Source: an uncultured Gammaproteobacteria bacterium (GTDB lineage Bacteria > Patescibacteriota > Patescibacteriia > Patescibacteriales > JAGXOH01). Taken from it: a stretch of DNA of 64,000 bases. The stretch's first letter is position 1; every line of letters starts with the position of its first letter. The DNA lies in contig CAZWNU010000001.1 in assembly GCA_964635515.1 (NCBI GenBank), positions 5,068-69,067 on the forward strand, given 5' to 3'. The notes below the pieces were generated by a model. The model saw only the letters and a list, made by a program, of their open reading frames with translations, did not search any database and was not told the origin of the DNA. The translations under genes were made by a program, and so were the position numbers. Positions 39,077 through 48,393 of the stretch are shown in pieces.

Positions 39077-40277
39077 GAGAACCAAAAACATTAAACTATC
39101 AACCATAAAAGAGATTGAACTTAAAGCAGCTCAATATCCGGATGCTATTTCTTTGGCTCAAGGAATACCTGATTTTGATACTCCTGAATTTATTAAAAGA
39201 AGAGTAGAAAGGGCTCTAAAAAGGGGGGTGGTTGCCAAATACTCATTATCACCGGGCTTGCCGGAGTTAAGGGAATTGATAGAAGAGTCCTTGGCCAAGG
39301 ATAAAATGTATTATGATTGGGAAAAAGAAGTTTTAGTTACTGCCGGTTCAATAGAAGGTATAACAGCCACTATAATGGCCATAACCAACCCAGGAGATGA
39401 AGTAATAATACCCGAGCCTACTTATACTAGTTACAGAGAAGTAATTAACCTGGCTGCTTGCAAACCTATTTTTGTTCCTTTAGATGAAGAGAGGGGATGG
39501 GGTTTTAATATAGAGGAATATAAAAAGGCTATAACAAAAAACACCAAGGCTATTTTTTATTGCAACCCTAACAACCCCACAGGAACCATATACTCTAAGG
39601 AGCAATTAATGGAATTAGCTGATTTAGCCAAAAAAAACAAACTATTCCTAATATCTGATGAGGTCTATAAAGATTTTATTTATGATCAAAAGAGCTTTTT
39701 TTCATTAGCCCAAATCCCGGAATTACGAGATAGGGTTATAAGAATATTCTCCTTCTCCAAGGCCTTTGCCATGACCGGCTGGAGGATTGGCTATCTACAC
39801 AGTGATGAGAAAAACATCAAGGAAATAACCAAAATACATGATAGCCTGGTCACTTGCGCGCCAGTGATCTCTCAATATGCCGCCATGGGAGCTCTGGAGA
39901 TAGAACAGGAGAAAGTTTTAGAATTTTGCCAAAAATACAAACAGAGAAGAGATTTAATTTGTCTAAGATTAGAGAAGTTAAAACATGTTTTTCAGTTTGT
40001 AACACCTGATAGCGCTTACTATATATTTCCAAAAATATCTCTAAAATTAGCAAAAAAAATAGAGAAGGAAAAAAATATTAATTTAACAAAAGAGGGGGGT
40101 GTGGACTCGTGGAAATTCGCTCTATGGCTACTAGAGGAAACACAAGTGGCAACAGTCCCAGGAGTGGCCTTTGGGCCGAACGGTGAGGGCCATATCAGGA
40201 TGAGCTTTGGAAGGAAAGAGGAAGATATTAATCAAGCTTTTGATAGATTGGAAAATCTATTTAATTTTCAATTATGA
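39069..40277 (+). CDS. PLP-dependent aminotransferase class I/II
   Basis: G.PDF, NPNNPTG, SDEVY, SFSKAFAMTGWRIG, VPG.AFG. Confidence 0.93.
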   Translation: MFERTKNIKLSTIKEIELKAAQYPDAISLAQGIPDFDTPEFIKRRVERALKRGVVAKYSLSPGLPELRELIEESLAKDKMYYDWEKEVLVTAGSIEGITATIMAITNPGDEVIIPEPTYTSYREVINLAACKPIFVPLDEERGWGFNIEEYKKAITKNTKAIFYCNPNNPTGTIYSKEQLMELADLAKKNKLFLISDEVYKDFIYDQKSFFSLAQIPELRDRVIRIFSFSKAFAMTGWRIGYLHSDEKNIKEITKIHDSLVTCAPVISQYAAMGALEIEQEKVLEFCQKYKQRRDLICLRLEKLKHVFQFVTPDSAYYIFPKISLKLAKKIEKEKNINLTKEGGVDSWKFALWLLEETQVATVPGVAFGPNGEGHIRMSFGRKEEDINQAFDRLENLFNFQL

Positions 40278-41029
40278 GAGTTATATTAAAAACACTTCTA
40301 AAAAATTATTTAAAAATAATTACCAAGATGGTACTATTTGTTCACCGTCCCACTGTAATAGCCATAGCCGGAAGTACTAATAAAAACTTTGTTAAACAAG
40401 AAATAAAAAAAATATTGAGAGAATTTAATTTTAGCACCAGGGTTAATCCCAAAAACTTTAATACTGAAATAGGTTTACCTTTGGCCATACTTTACTTGCC
40501 CAGTGGTTATAATGAATACCAAAAGTGGCTTCCTGTTATATTTAAGGCTCCCTTGAAACTATTCCAAAAAAAATTCCCCAAATTCTTAGTCTTAAGCCTG
40601 GGCACTTCGGATGAGGGGGATATGAAGTATTTGCTTTCGATAGTAAAGCCTGACATCTCCATAATTACTGACATCACCCAGAGGTACAAAGAGGGATTTT
40701 CAGATATGAACCGCTTAGTAAACGAATATGAACTACTGGCCCAGAAAACAAAAAAAGGAGGACTTATAATACTTAACTCAGATAATTACAGAGTTAAAGA
40801 AATAGGGAAAAATAAAGAACAAAGAGTATTATACTATGGCTTCAAGGAAGAATCTGATGCAAGAATCGAAAAAACAGAAAAAAACGAAAAAGGCCAGAAG
40901 ATCATACTTAGACACCAAGGAGAAAAAAGAGAAGAACAAATATATAGATTTGGCAAACATCATTCTTATGTGTTAGCTATTGGCCATATAATAAAAAAAG
41001 AGTTGAAAAACAATGCGGAGATCAGATAA
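40274..41029 (+). CDS. Truncated, degenerate MurF-like Mur ligase central domain
   Basis: IAIAGSTNKN (eroded P-loop), NFNTEIGLPL.IL, PDISIIT, ILNSD; no C-terminal Mur domain. Confidence 0.75.
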   Translation: MRVILKTLLKNYLKIITKMVLFVHRPTVIAIAGSTNKNFVKQEIKKILREFNFSTRVNPKNFNTEIGLPLAILYLPSGYNEYQKWLPVIFKAPLKLFQKKFPKFLVLSLGTSDEGDMKYLLSIVKPDISIITDITQRYKEGFSDMNRLVNEYELLAQKTKKGGLIILNSDNYRVKEIGKNKEQRVLYYGFKEESDARIEKTEKNEKGQKIILRHQGEKREEQIYRFGKHHSYVLAIGHIIKKELKNNAEIR

Positions 41030-41864
41030 AAAAAAGATCAAAGATCATTATAAACAGAAAAAGAAAATAAAAAACCCTTTCAAAAAAGAAAAGGTAAAAA
41101 TTAACTGGAAGAAAACCTTGGTTATACTCCTGGTAATATTGATTTTTTCAGCTTTGATTTGGTGGATATTTTTCTCTGGATTTTGGAGTATAAAAAAAAT
41201 TGAAATTAAGGGATTGGAAAGAACTCCTCAAATTGAGGTTGAGGGTCTGGCTTGGGGGCAAATTGAAAACGAGAACAAGCTCTTATCACAAAAAAATTTA
41301 TTCTTTTTAAATAAAGAGGAGTTAATAGAAAAAATGAAAAATAATTTTCGTTTCCCAGAAGTGAACATAAAAAGAAGTATTCCTGACAAAATAACTATCC
41401 GAATTAAAGAAAGTCAGGCTGAGTTCATTTTGATTGAGGGTGAAAAGAAATACAAAATAGACGAGGGTAAATATGTTATAGAAGAAACAGAACATTTGAA
41501 TAAAAACTTGCCCATAATAAGAAATAGCTCTACGGAAAATAAGATTATAGGAGACAGGGTTTATATTGATAATAGTTATACTGATTATATAATTGATCTC
41601 TATAGAATTATAGAAAAAGATTTTGAGAATATAGAAATAGAAAAATTCATACTAGATCATGAAGTGCCGGACATGGAAAGGGTGAAGCAGAATACTATAA
41701 CTATGAAAATTGCTAATGGTCCGATTATATATTTAAATATGGAGGTAGAGGCGCAAGAACAAATGAATAAATTGTTTATATTAAAAAACAAGGAGTTAAA
41801 AGAGAGGTTTATGGACAGTGAATATATAGATCTTAGATATGGAGATAGAATTTTTTATAAATAA
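41013..41864 (+). CDS. ftsQ: Cell division protein FtsQ/DivIB
   Basis: Basic N-terminus, one TM, POTRA (IKKIEIKG...P..I.I.I.E), C-terminal YIDLRY. Confidence 0.85.
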   Translation: MRRSDKKKIKDHYKQKKKIKNPFKKEKVKINWKKTLVILLVILIFSALIWWIFFSGFWSIKKIEIKGLERTPQIEVEGLAWGQIENENKLLSQKNLFFLNKEELIEKMKNNFRFPEVNIKRSIPDKITIRIKESQAEFILIEGEKKYKIDEGKYVIEETEHLNKNLPIIRNSSTENKIIGDRVYIDNSYTDYIIDLYRIIEKDFENIEIEKFILDHEVPDMERVKQNTITMKIANGPIIYLNMEVEAQEQMNKLFILKNKELKERFMDSEYIDLRYGDRIFYK

Positions 41865-41867
41865 CGT

Positions 41868-41884
41868 ACTATATTATGGCAACT
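41868..41884. other. dif-like XerD half-site
   Basis: ACTATA-TTATGGCAACT resembles the B. subtilis dif right half TATATA-TTATGTAAACT; the left arm is a poor match. Confidence 0.4.
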
Positions 41885-41893
41885 AATAAAACA

Positions 41894-42037
41894 ATGGAAA
41901 AACTATTCAAGGCAACATTTTTTTTAGCGGTTTTTGTTTTTTGTTTAGTAGTGATAGGTTTTTTCTTGTTATTACTAAAAATAATCCTATTATTTGTACC
42001 AGAGATTAATATCTTGGGGATTACTATTACCGGCTAA
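41894..42037 (+). CDS. Small membrane protein (47 aa)
   Basis: Manual translation MEKLFKATFFLAVFVFCLVVIGFFLLLLKIILLFVPEINILGITITG; below the ORF-track cutoff. Confidence 0.65.
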   Translation: MEKLFKATFFLAVFVFCLVVIGFFLLLLKIILLFVPEINILGITITG

Positions 42038-42048
42038 CAGTATAATCC

Positions 42049-42121
42049 TTGCGGGCCTTAAAAATCTATGCTATATTGATAATACGTTAATTAATCTACA
42101 TAACATGAAGTTATAATAATA
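42049..42121 (+). promoter_or_regulatory. xer promoter with downstream Xer-site-like palindrome
   Basis: TTGCGG-17-TATATT (TG extension), then AATCTACATAA-CATGAAG-TTATAATAATA at 42093-42121. Confidence 0.45.
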
Positions 42122-42146
42122 ACCTCCCCCAACAAACAAGGTCTCT

Positions 42147-43112
42147 ATGAATAAAATCAAACCTATAGTAAAATATCAAAAAGACTTCCTGGATTACCTA
42201 GAAATTGAAAAAGGTCTATCCTCTAATACTCAAAAAAATTATTCTAGGTTCTTAAATAAATTTTTTAAATGGTTGCAAGATAATAATTTAGAAAATCTTT
42301 CTCCGGACAAATTATCCACTGACATCATTTCCAAATACAGAATTTTTTTAGCCAGAGGGATCGACCCTCGTACTAAAAAAGGCTTAAAAAGATCTACTCA
42401 AAATCTATATTTGATTTCTCTAAGGTCGCTATTAGAGTTTTTTATTGAAAAAGAAATACCCTCCCTCTCCCCCACTAACATAAAACTTGCAAAGGACAAA
42501 AGTGACAAAGAAGTTAAATTTTTAACCTTAGATCAGCTAAAAAAATTAATGGAAGCACCAAATACTTCTAAAATCACAGGTTTAAGAGATAGGGCGATAT
42601 TAGAAGTAATGTTTTCTACCGGCCTTCGGGTCCAAGAGTTGATTAATTTGAACCGGGATCAGTTTAAAATCAAAGAAAAAACCGAAGAATTGGAGGTTGT
42701 GGTAGTGGGTAAAGGTAATCGAGTTCGCACCGTATACTTTTCAGGCAGGGCCATTAAGTGGTTAAAAAAATATCTGGACGCCAGAAAAGATATGGATGAA
42801 GCTCTTTTTATCAATTATTGGCCGGCTGCTCTCAAGTCAAACGAACCCAGGCGCTTAACTGTTAAAAGTATTGATGATATCGTCAAAAAATATGTAAAAA
42901 TTGCTGGTTTGCCCACCATAGTAACACCTCATACTCTAAGGCATTCCTTCGCCACTGATCTGCTATCCCAAGGTGTGGATCTCAGGTTGGTTCAGGAATT
43001 TTTAGGTCATAGGAATATAGCCACCACCCAAATCTACACTCATGTTACTAAAAAACAATTAAAAGATATCCACAAAAAACTTCATGGGGGTAATAAGCTG
43101 GATGAAAATTAA
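42147..43112 (+). CDS. XerC/XerD-family tyrosine recombinase
   Basis: FLDYL..EKGLS.NT..NY, RDRAILE...STGLRV.EL, GKG.R.R, TPHTLRHSFAT, LGH..I.TTQIYTHV. Confidence 0.93.
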   Translation: MNKIKPIVKYQKDFLDYLEIEKGLSSNTQKNYSRFLNKFFKWLQDNNLENLSPDKLSTDIISKYRIFLARGIDPRTKKGLKRSTQNLYLISLRSLLEFFIEKEIPSLSPTNIKLAKDKSDKEVKFLTLDQLKKLMEAPNTSKITGLRDRAILEVMFSTGLRVQELINLNRDQFKIKEKTEELEVVVVGKGNRVRTVYFSGRAIKWLKKYLDARKDMDEALFINYWPAALKSNEPRRLTVKSIDDIVKKYVKIAGLPTIVTPHTLRHSFATDLLSQGVDLRLVQEFLGHRNIATTQIYTHVTKKQLKDIHKKLHGGNKLDEN

Positions 43113-43119
43113 TAACAAA

Positions 43120-43197
43120 TTTACATAAACAAATAGTTTGATATAATTAATACAAAATATTTGATTAGGCTCTTTCAATTAAACAACAAGGGGGTGA
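43120..43197 (+). promoter_or_regulatory. sigma70 promoter + boxA-like motif + SD
   Basis: TTTACA(43120)-16-TATAAT(43142, TG extension), GCTCTTTCAATT(43169-43180), AAGGGGGTGA(43188-43197). Confidence 0.6.
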
Positions 43198-43201
43198 CCT
43201 T

Positions 43202-43417
43202 ATGTCAAAAAAAGGAAGATCTGGCACAAAGACAAGTAAAATTATTACTTGGTTAAACACAGAAGAAGGCAGAAAGGCTCTTGAAAGTTGTAGACAAAAC
43301 TCAGACGAAGCTATCAAAAAATTTAAGGCATCTTGTCAAGTTGATTCTTCTATGCTCTATGAGCCCTTTGGCCCATTGGATGGCGACAAAACCTGGTCAC
43401 ACCAACAACAAGTTTAA
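43202..43417 (+). CDS. Orphan small protein (71 aa)
   Basis: Has its own promoter, SD and terminator. Confidence 0.7.
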   Translation: MSKKGRSGTKTSKIITWLNTEEGRKALESCRQNSDEAIKKFKASCQVDSSMLYEPFGPLDGDKTWSHQQQV

Positions 43418-43451
43418 GCAATAACTCTGACTTGAGTAATGATTCTGTCTG

Positions 43452-43486
43452 AGCGAGGAAAAGTGTTTTATTTTTCTCGCTTTTTT
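43452..43486 (+). terminator. Intrinsic terminator
   Basis: AGCGAGGAAAA...TTTTCTCGCT followed by a T-run. Confidence 0.7.
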
Positions 43487-43506
43487 ATTATAAAAAACCA
43501 AATTCA

Positions 43507-43540
43507 AATAAAAAAGAGGATCTCTCCCCTCTTTTTTATT
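43507..43540. terminator. Intrinsic terminator (serves the M23 gene; symmetric)
   Basis: AATAAAAAAGAGG-N8-CCTCTTTTTTATT. Confidence 0.75.
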
Positions 43541-43555
43541 TTCAACCTTGTTATT

Positions 43556-44788
43556 TTAAGGTAGATAATTCATAGGATTAACAGGAATTCCGTCCTTCCT
43601 GATCTCGAAATGAAGATGAGGGCCTGTGCTCAAGTGACCCGACCCGGCCGTCCCCGGAGTACCTCCGCTTAGAGCTATCTCCTGACCCTGGGTGACGTAC
43701 TGATCAGCTTCCACAAGGGGTTGGGATATATGACCGTAAACAGTGGCTAAACCGTCTCCGTGAATAAGCATTATATAGGCATAATTAGAACTATTAGGAT
43801 TAAATCTAACTTGGCCCACATATCCGGAAGCTGAAGCTCTTATGGTGGTTCCTTGAGCGGCTCTTATATCTATACCAGGATGTTCAAATAAATGACGAAA
43901 GGGGTAATTCGGATCATGATAACCTGCTGTTATGTGCCTACTTGGTACCGGCCAAATAAATTCCTGGTCACCAAAATCCAGCCCCCCCTCTGACTCCTCT
44001 TCCAGTTTGGCCCTTATTGCCGACTCCAGAGAAGCTATTTCATTAGAAACTTGCTGTCTTTGTTGCTTGGCTTTTTCTAAAAGATCCTGGTACTCCTCCT
44101 CTGAATTACTAGTCTCTTCCAGTAAAAACTTTCTCCTTTCCTGACTGGCTATAAGCTCTTCTTTCTGGGCATTCAACTCTTCTTCAAGCTCAACCAATTC
44201 TTTATTCTTCTCGACCAAGGAAGCTCTTTTTTCTTGAAGTTCTTCTCTGTAATTCTCTAGATCTCTAACACCTATTTCGATTTCTTCGTTTATATCTTGT
44301 AAGTATTTTAACTGATTAATAAAATCGGAAAAAGAATCGTTTAAAAGAAGTATTTCCAAAGTATCAGCCTTGTTCTGTTTATATATCAAATTAATTATAT
44401 TTGATATATGGTCCTTTTTCCTCTCTATCTCATCCTCCTTTTCCCTGATCTCGAAATTGGTTCTTCTGGTCTCTAAACTAACCCTACTGATCTGATTCTC
44501 AGTGTTCTTTATCTCCAGCTCCGTCCTGGCGAGTCGGCTGTCTAAGAGGTCAAGTTGGTTTTGGAGGCTGTCTCTTTCCTCTTGAAGCTCCTCTATTCTT
44601 TCCGAATACTTGCTTCTTTGCTCCTGTATCCTTTCCATTTCTTTTTTCTTTGACTCAATCTCCTCATTTAAAAAGTCTAATTCCCTGCTAGATTGAGAGC
44701 TGCTATGACTAACATCTGACAAACCGAAAAATAAAAAAAGAAACAACAAAATTGTTACTAAAGATTTAAATTTCCCTCTCTTTGTCAT
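43556..44788 (-). CDS. Coiled-coil M23 peptidase (EnvC/MepM-like)
   Basis: Signal peptide, long coiled coil, HPGID and STGPHLHFE intact. Start re-set to MTKRG (ATG 44788). Confidence 0.9.
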   Translation of the reverse strand: MTKRGKFKSLVTILLFLFLFFGLSDVSHSSSQSSRELDFLNEEIESKKKEMERIQEQRSKYSERIEELQEERDSLQNQLDLLDSRLARTELEIKNTENQISRVSLETRRTNFEIREKEDEIERKKDHISNIINLIYKQNKADTLEILLLNDSFSDFINQLKYLQDINEEIEIGVRDLENYREELQEKRASLVEKNKELVELEEELNAQKEELIASQERRKFLLEETSNSEEEYQDLLEKAKQQRQQVSNEIASLESAIRAKLEEESEGGLDFGDQEFIWPVPSRHITAGYHDPNYPFRHLFEHPGIDIRAAQGTTIRASASGYVGQVRFNPNSSNYAYIMLIHGDGLATVYGHISQPLVEADQYVTQGQEIALSGGTPGTAGSGHLSTGPHLHFEIRKDGIPVNPMNYLP

Positions 44789-44960
44789 ATTATTACAAGT
44801 CAAATAAAAATTAAATAACTTAAATTCATTATAGCATTTTTGGTATATTGACACAACATGATTTATTTGATATTATAAATTTATCTAAAAACTTATAATT
44901 CAATTTGATTTTCCTAAAATCCTTAATATTTCTTAAGGATTTTAAAAAATTTATATAAAT

Positions 44961-45242
44961 ATGGCACAGAAAAAAGCTGGTGGTTCTACCGGTAACGTCC
45001 GGGATTCCGCTGGAAAACGACTAGGAGTAAAACTTTTCCAGGGAGAGTTGGCTAATATTGGTTCTATTTTAATTAGACAAAGAGGAACCAAGTATCATCC
45101 TGGAAAAAACGTAGGCAAAGGAAAAGACGACACCTTGTTCGCTTTAAAGAGCGGTGTGGTTAAGTTTACCACAAGAAAGATAAAAAAATTCAATAACCAA
45201 TTAAAAAAGACTAAAATTGTTAATATAGAAGAAAAGAAATAG
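44961..45242 (+). CDS. rpmA: 50S ribosomal protein L27
   Basis: [35 protein letters not shown]. Confidence 0.96.
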   Translation: MAQKKAGGSTGNVRDSAGKRLGVKLFQGELANIGSILIRQRGTKYHPGKNVGKGKDDTLFALKSGVVKFTTRKIKKFNNQLKKTKIVNIEEKK

Positions 45243-45258
45243 AATACAGACCCCTAGC

Positions 45259-45296
45259 AAAAAAACAGAAGGACCAATTAATCCTTCTGTTTTTTT
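45259..45296. terminator. Bidirectional intrinsic terminator
   Basis: AAAAAAACAGAAGGA-N8-TCCTTCTGTTTTTTT between convergent rpmA and pyrG. Confidence 0.85.
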
Positions 45297-45318
45297 ATTC
45301 TTTTTGAGATTTTGGCTA

Positions 45319-46980
45319 TTAAGAATTCCTCTGCTTCAAGCAAGCCTTAATAAACTCCAAAAACAGAGGATGAGGATCAAGTGGTCTGGAAATATACTCG
45401 GGATGAAACTGGGTACCAACGAAAAAGGGGTGGTCTGATAGCTCTATAGCCTCTACAATTTTACCATCGGGAGATACTCCAGAGACAACCAAGCCGTTTT
45501 TTTCCAATGTCTCTCGAAATTCATTATTGAACTCATACCTGTGTCTGTGCCTTTCTGAGACTGTGGTTTCCTTAGTTTTTTTACCGTAAGCCTTAGCCAA
45601 TCTGGTGTTTTTAATCAACTTACAGGGCCATCCTCCTAATCGAATGGTTCCTCCATATTGACCATTGGAAATTACCTCTTCTTGATCGGGCATTATATGA
45701 ATGACCGAATGAGGAGTACCAGGGTCTACTTCAATGGAGTTAGCATCTTTAAAACCACATACGTTACGAGCAAACTCGATTACAGCCATTTGCATTCCGT
45801 AACAAAGACCGAAATAGGGCTTCCCCTTCTCCCTGCAATATTTTATAGTAGCTATTTTACCTTCCGCCCCCCTTGACCCCCATCCCTGAGGAACTATTAT
45901 TCCATCATACTTTCCCAGGCTCCTTTTTTTATTCTCCACATCCTCGGAGTTTATCCAATGAAGGTTGGGATGACAATTATTATTAGCACAAGCGTGCTTA
46001 ATAGCTTCAATTACCGAGATATAAGAATCGGATAAACAAAAATCTCCAGTAGAAAAATATTTCCCTACAACTCCTATGTCTACTTCCTTTTTAGCCTCTC
46101 TTGTCCTTCTGACCAAGTCTTTCCACTGATCCAAATCCTTTTTCCTTTTCTTAAGATTGAATTTATCCAAAATCCTATCTCCCAAAGCATCTTTTTCAAA
46201 ATTAAGAGGAACCTCATAGATCGAATCAATATCAGGAGCGGAGACCACATCTTCTTTAGCTATATTGCAATTTATAGCTATTTTTTTTCTTCTGGGTTCA
46301 TCCACCTCCTTTTCGCTTCGTGCGATAATGAAATTGGGTTGAATACCAGAAGAGTTTAAAGTCCTAATAGCGTGCTGGGTCGGTTTAGTTTTCATTTCCC
46401 CTATTTTGCTAGGAATAGGAAGATAACTGACCATAACAAACAGGACGTTTTCCGGATCATATAATTTCATCATCCTGGCCGCTTCTAAGAACAAAACATT
46501 TTGATACTCCCCTATTGTGCCTCCGATCTCAACTATCATAATCTCAGCTCCGCTTTTTTCCACAGCTCTATTTATTCTGTCTCTGATCTCCATGGGAATA
46601 TGAGGAACCACTTCCACGCACTTGCCACCATACTCAAGATTTCTTTCTTTTTTAATGACACTCTCGTAAACTCTACCAGTTGTCATATAGTTTTCTCGAT
46701 AAATGTTTTTGTTTAGAAATCTTTCATAGTTTCCAATATCTTGATCAGTCTCATCACCATCTTCGGTCACAAAAACCTCTCCATGTTCCACCGGATTCAT
46801 GGTCCCGGCATCCACATTGATATAAGGATCGATCTTGATAGCGCTGACATTATATCCACGACTCTCAAGGATGGTGCCTATAGAAGCGCAGGTTACACCC
46901 TTGCCCACTCCGGACATAACACCTCCTACAACAAAAATGAACTTAACTTCTTTTTTATCAGACTTTTTTTTGGCTGTCAT
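45319..46980 (-). CDS. pyrG: CTP synthase
   Basis: GGVMSGVGKG, KIDPYINVDAGTM.P.EHGE, KTKPTQ, GLCYGMQ, ERHRHRYE, QFHPE. Confidence 0.97.
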   Translation of the reverse strand: MTAKKKSDKKEVKFIFVVGGVMSGVGKGVTCASIGTILESRGYNVSAIKIDPYINVDAGTMNPVEHGEVFVTEDGDETDQDIGNYERFLNKNIYRENYMTTGRVYESVIKKERNLEYGGKCVEVVPHIPMEIRDRINRAVEKSGAEIMIVEIGGTIGEYQNVLFLEAARMMKLYDPENVLFVMVSYLPIPSKIGEMKTKPTQHAIRTLNSSGIQPNFIIARSEKEVDEPRRKKIAINCNIAKEDVVSAPDIDSIYEVPLNFEKDALGDRILDKFNLKKRKKDLDQWKDLVRRTREAKKEVDIGVVGKYFSTGDFCLSDSYISVIEAIKHACANNNCHPNLHWINSEDVENKKRSLGKYDGIIVPQGWGSRGAEGKIATIKYCREKGKPYFGLCYGMQMAVIEFARNVCGFKDANSIEVDPGTPHSVIHIMPDQEEVISNGQYGGTIRLGGWPCKLIKNTRLAKAYGKKTKETTVSERHRHRYEFNNEFRETLEKNGLVVSGVSPDGKIVEAIELSDHPFFVGTQFHPEYISRPLDPHPLFLEFIKACLKQRNS

Positions 46981-47045
46981 AGTCAATCTTCTTTCTCAAA
47001 AACACACAATACCGAAAACATCTATTAATTCTGTGTTTTGATTTT

Positions 47046-48389
47046 TTAATTATCTTTTGTTTCTTCTTTAGTATTTTCTTTTTCCCAATCAAGGGTCTCT
47101 CCTTGAATCAATTTTTTTAATATTTCTACAGCCTTATCCTTTTGAGGGGTCCTGCCCTCTTCATAGTCTTCTCTGCTTAACTCAACCTCCATATCCGGTT
47201 TTATGCCGTGCTCATCAATCGATACTTCACCCGGGGTAAGCCATTCGGATACTGTTACCTTTAAAGAAGACCCGTCTTTTAAAGGTACCAAGCTCTGAAC
47301 CGAGCCCTTGCCAAAAGTTTGCTCACCCACCACAACAGCTTTTCCATGATATTGCAAGGCACCGGCTGTTATTTCAGAAGCGGAAGCGCTTCCCATATTA
47401 ACAAGCACCACTGTAGGATAATCCCTTAATTCCGGAATGCCTCTGGCTTTATATTCTTTATACTTTCCATCACTTGATTTCTCAATCAACACTACATCCC
47501 TCTCAATCCAAGCACTAGTAACCTCTATAGCGGTACTCAAGTAACCACCGGCGTTATTTCTCAAGTCCAAAATTATTCCCTCAGGATTCTTGTCTTTAAC
47601 CTCAGTCAATGCTTCTCGAAAAAGCCTTAAAGTGTCGTCATTAAAATTGGTTATCTTGATGACAAAAATGCCGTCCTCCCTTAATTCGGTTTTTACACTT
47701 TCTATTTTGATAACTCCCCTGGTCACTTTAATATCTTTCGGTTCTTCCAGGTCATCTCTGGCAATGGTCAATTTAACCTCGGTCCCCTCTTCTCCCCTGA
47801 TTCTGGAAACGGCTTTTTCCAGGCTCATTTCTTTAGTAGAGCTACCATTTATAGCCATAATTTTATCTCCGGCTTTAAGACCTGCTTTTTCAGCCGGCAT
47901 CCCTTCCAGGGGCGCTATTATCGTAACCACACCGTCTCTAATTCCCACCTCTGCTCCAATACCCTCAAAACTACCTGACATGCTCTCCTGGAAACTATGA
48001 GACTCCATAGGATCCAAGAATATGGTGTTTGGATCATCAACAGCCTCAACCATTCCCTTTAACGATCCATAAAACAATTCTTTCTCGCTTATCTTGTCAC
48101 TATCCACATATTCGCTTTTTAGAGCATCCCAAACATCCCAATATAGATCAAATTCTATGTTTCGCTGAAGCCTTCCTTCTTCTACCTCCTCATATTTACC
48201 CAAAACCTTGCCAAGATAAACAACTTCTTTTCTGGCCAACTCTTCCATCACCTGAATCTTGCCTGGCAAATACATGCCCGCGGCAAAAGATATCAACATT
48301 AAAATCAAAACCAGAACAGAAACAATCACTCCGAGGAAAGTGTTGGAACTTTTATTCTTATAACTATTGTCTTTTTTATTTTGTGTCAT
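47046..48389 (-). CDS. C-terminal processing protease (S41, CtpA-like)
   Basis: N-terminal TM, PDZ (FEGIG), DLRNN.GG, SASASEI, TFGKGSVQ. Confidence 0.93.
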   Translation of the reverse strand: MTQNKKDNSYKNKSSNTFLGVIVSVLVLILMLISFAAGMYLPGKIQVMEELARKEVVYLGKVLGKYEEVEEGRLQRNIEFDLYWDVWDALKSEYVDSDKISEKELFYGSLKGMVEAVDDPNTIFLDPMESHSFQESMSGSFEGIGAEVGIRDGVVTIIAPLEGMPAEKAGLKAGDKIMAINGSSTKEMSLEKAVSRIRGEEGTEVKLTIARDDLEEPKDIKVTRGVIKIESVKTELREDGIFVIKITNFNDDTLRLFREALTEVKDKNPEGIILDLRNNAGGYLSTAIEVTSAWIERDVVLIEKSSDGKYKEYKARGIPELRDYPTVVLVNMGSASASEITAGALQYHGKAVVVGEQTFGKGSVQSLVPLKDGSSLKVTVSEWLTPGEVSIDEHGIKPDMEVELSREDYEEGRTPQKDKAVEILKKLIQGETLDWEKENTKEETKDN

Positions 48390-48393
48390 AAAT

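Noticed and set aside
42147-43112. Tyrosine recombinase as a prophage/ICE integrase
   Set aside because: It has a XerD-type N-terminus and size, with no tRNA, att repeats or phage genes nearby.
24220-44854. Longer track starts for prfA (25320), ORF 30736, serS (36719) and the M23 gene (44854)
   Set aside because: The extensions look non-homologous; downstream ATGs match family N-termini or the local start context better.
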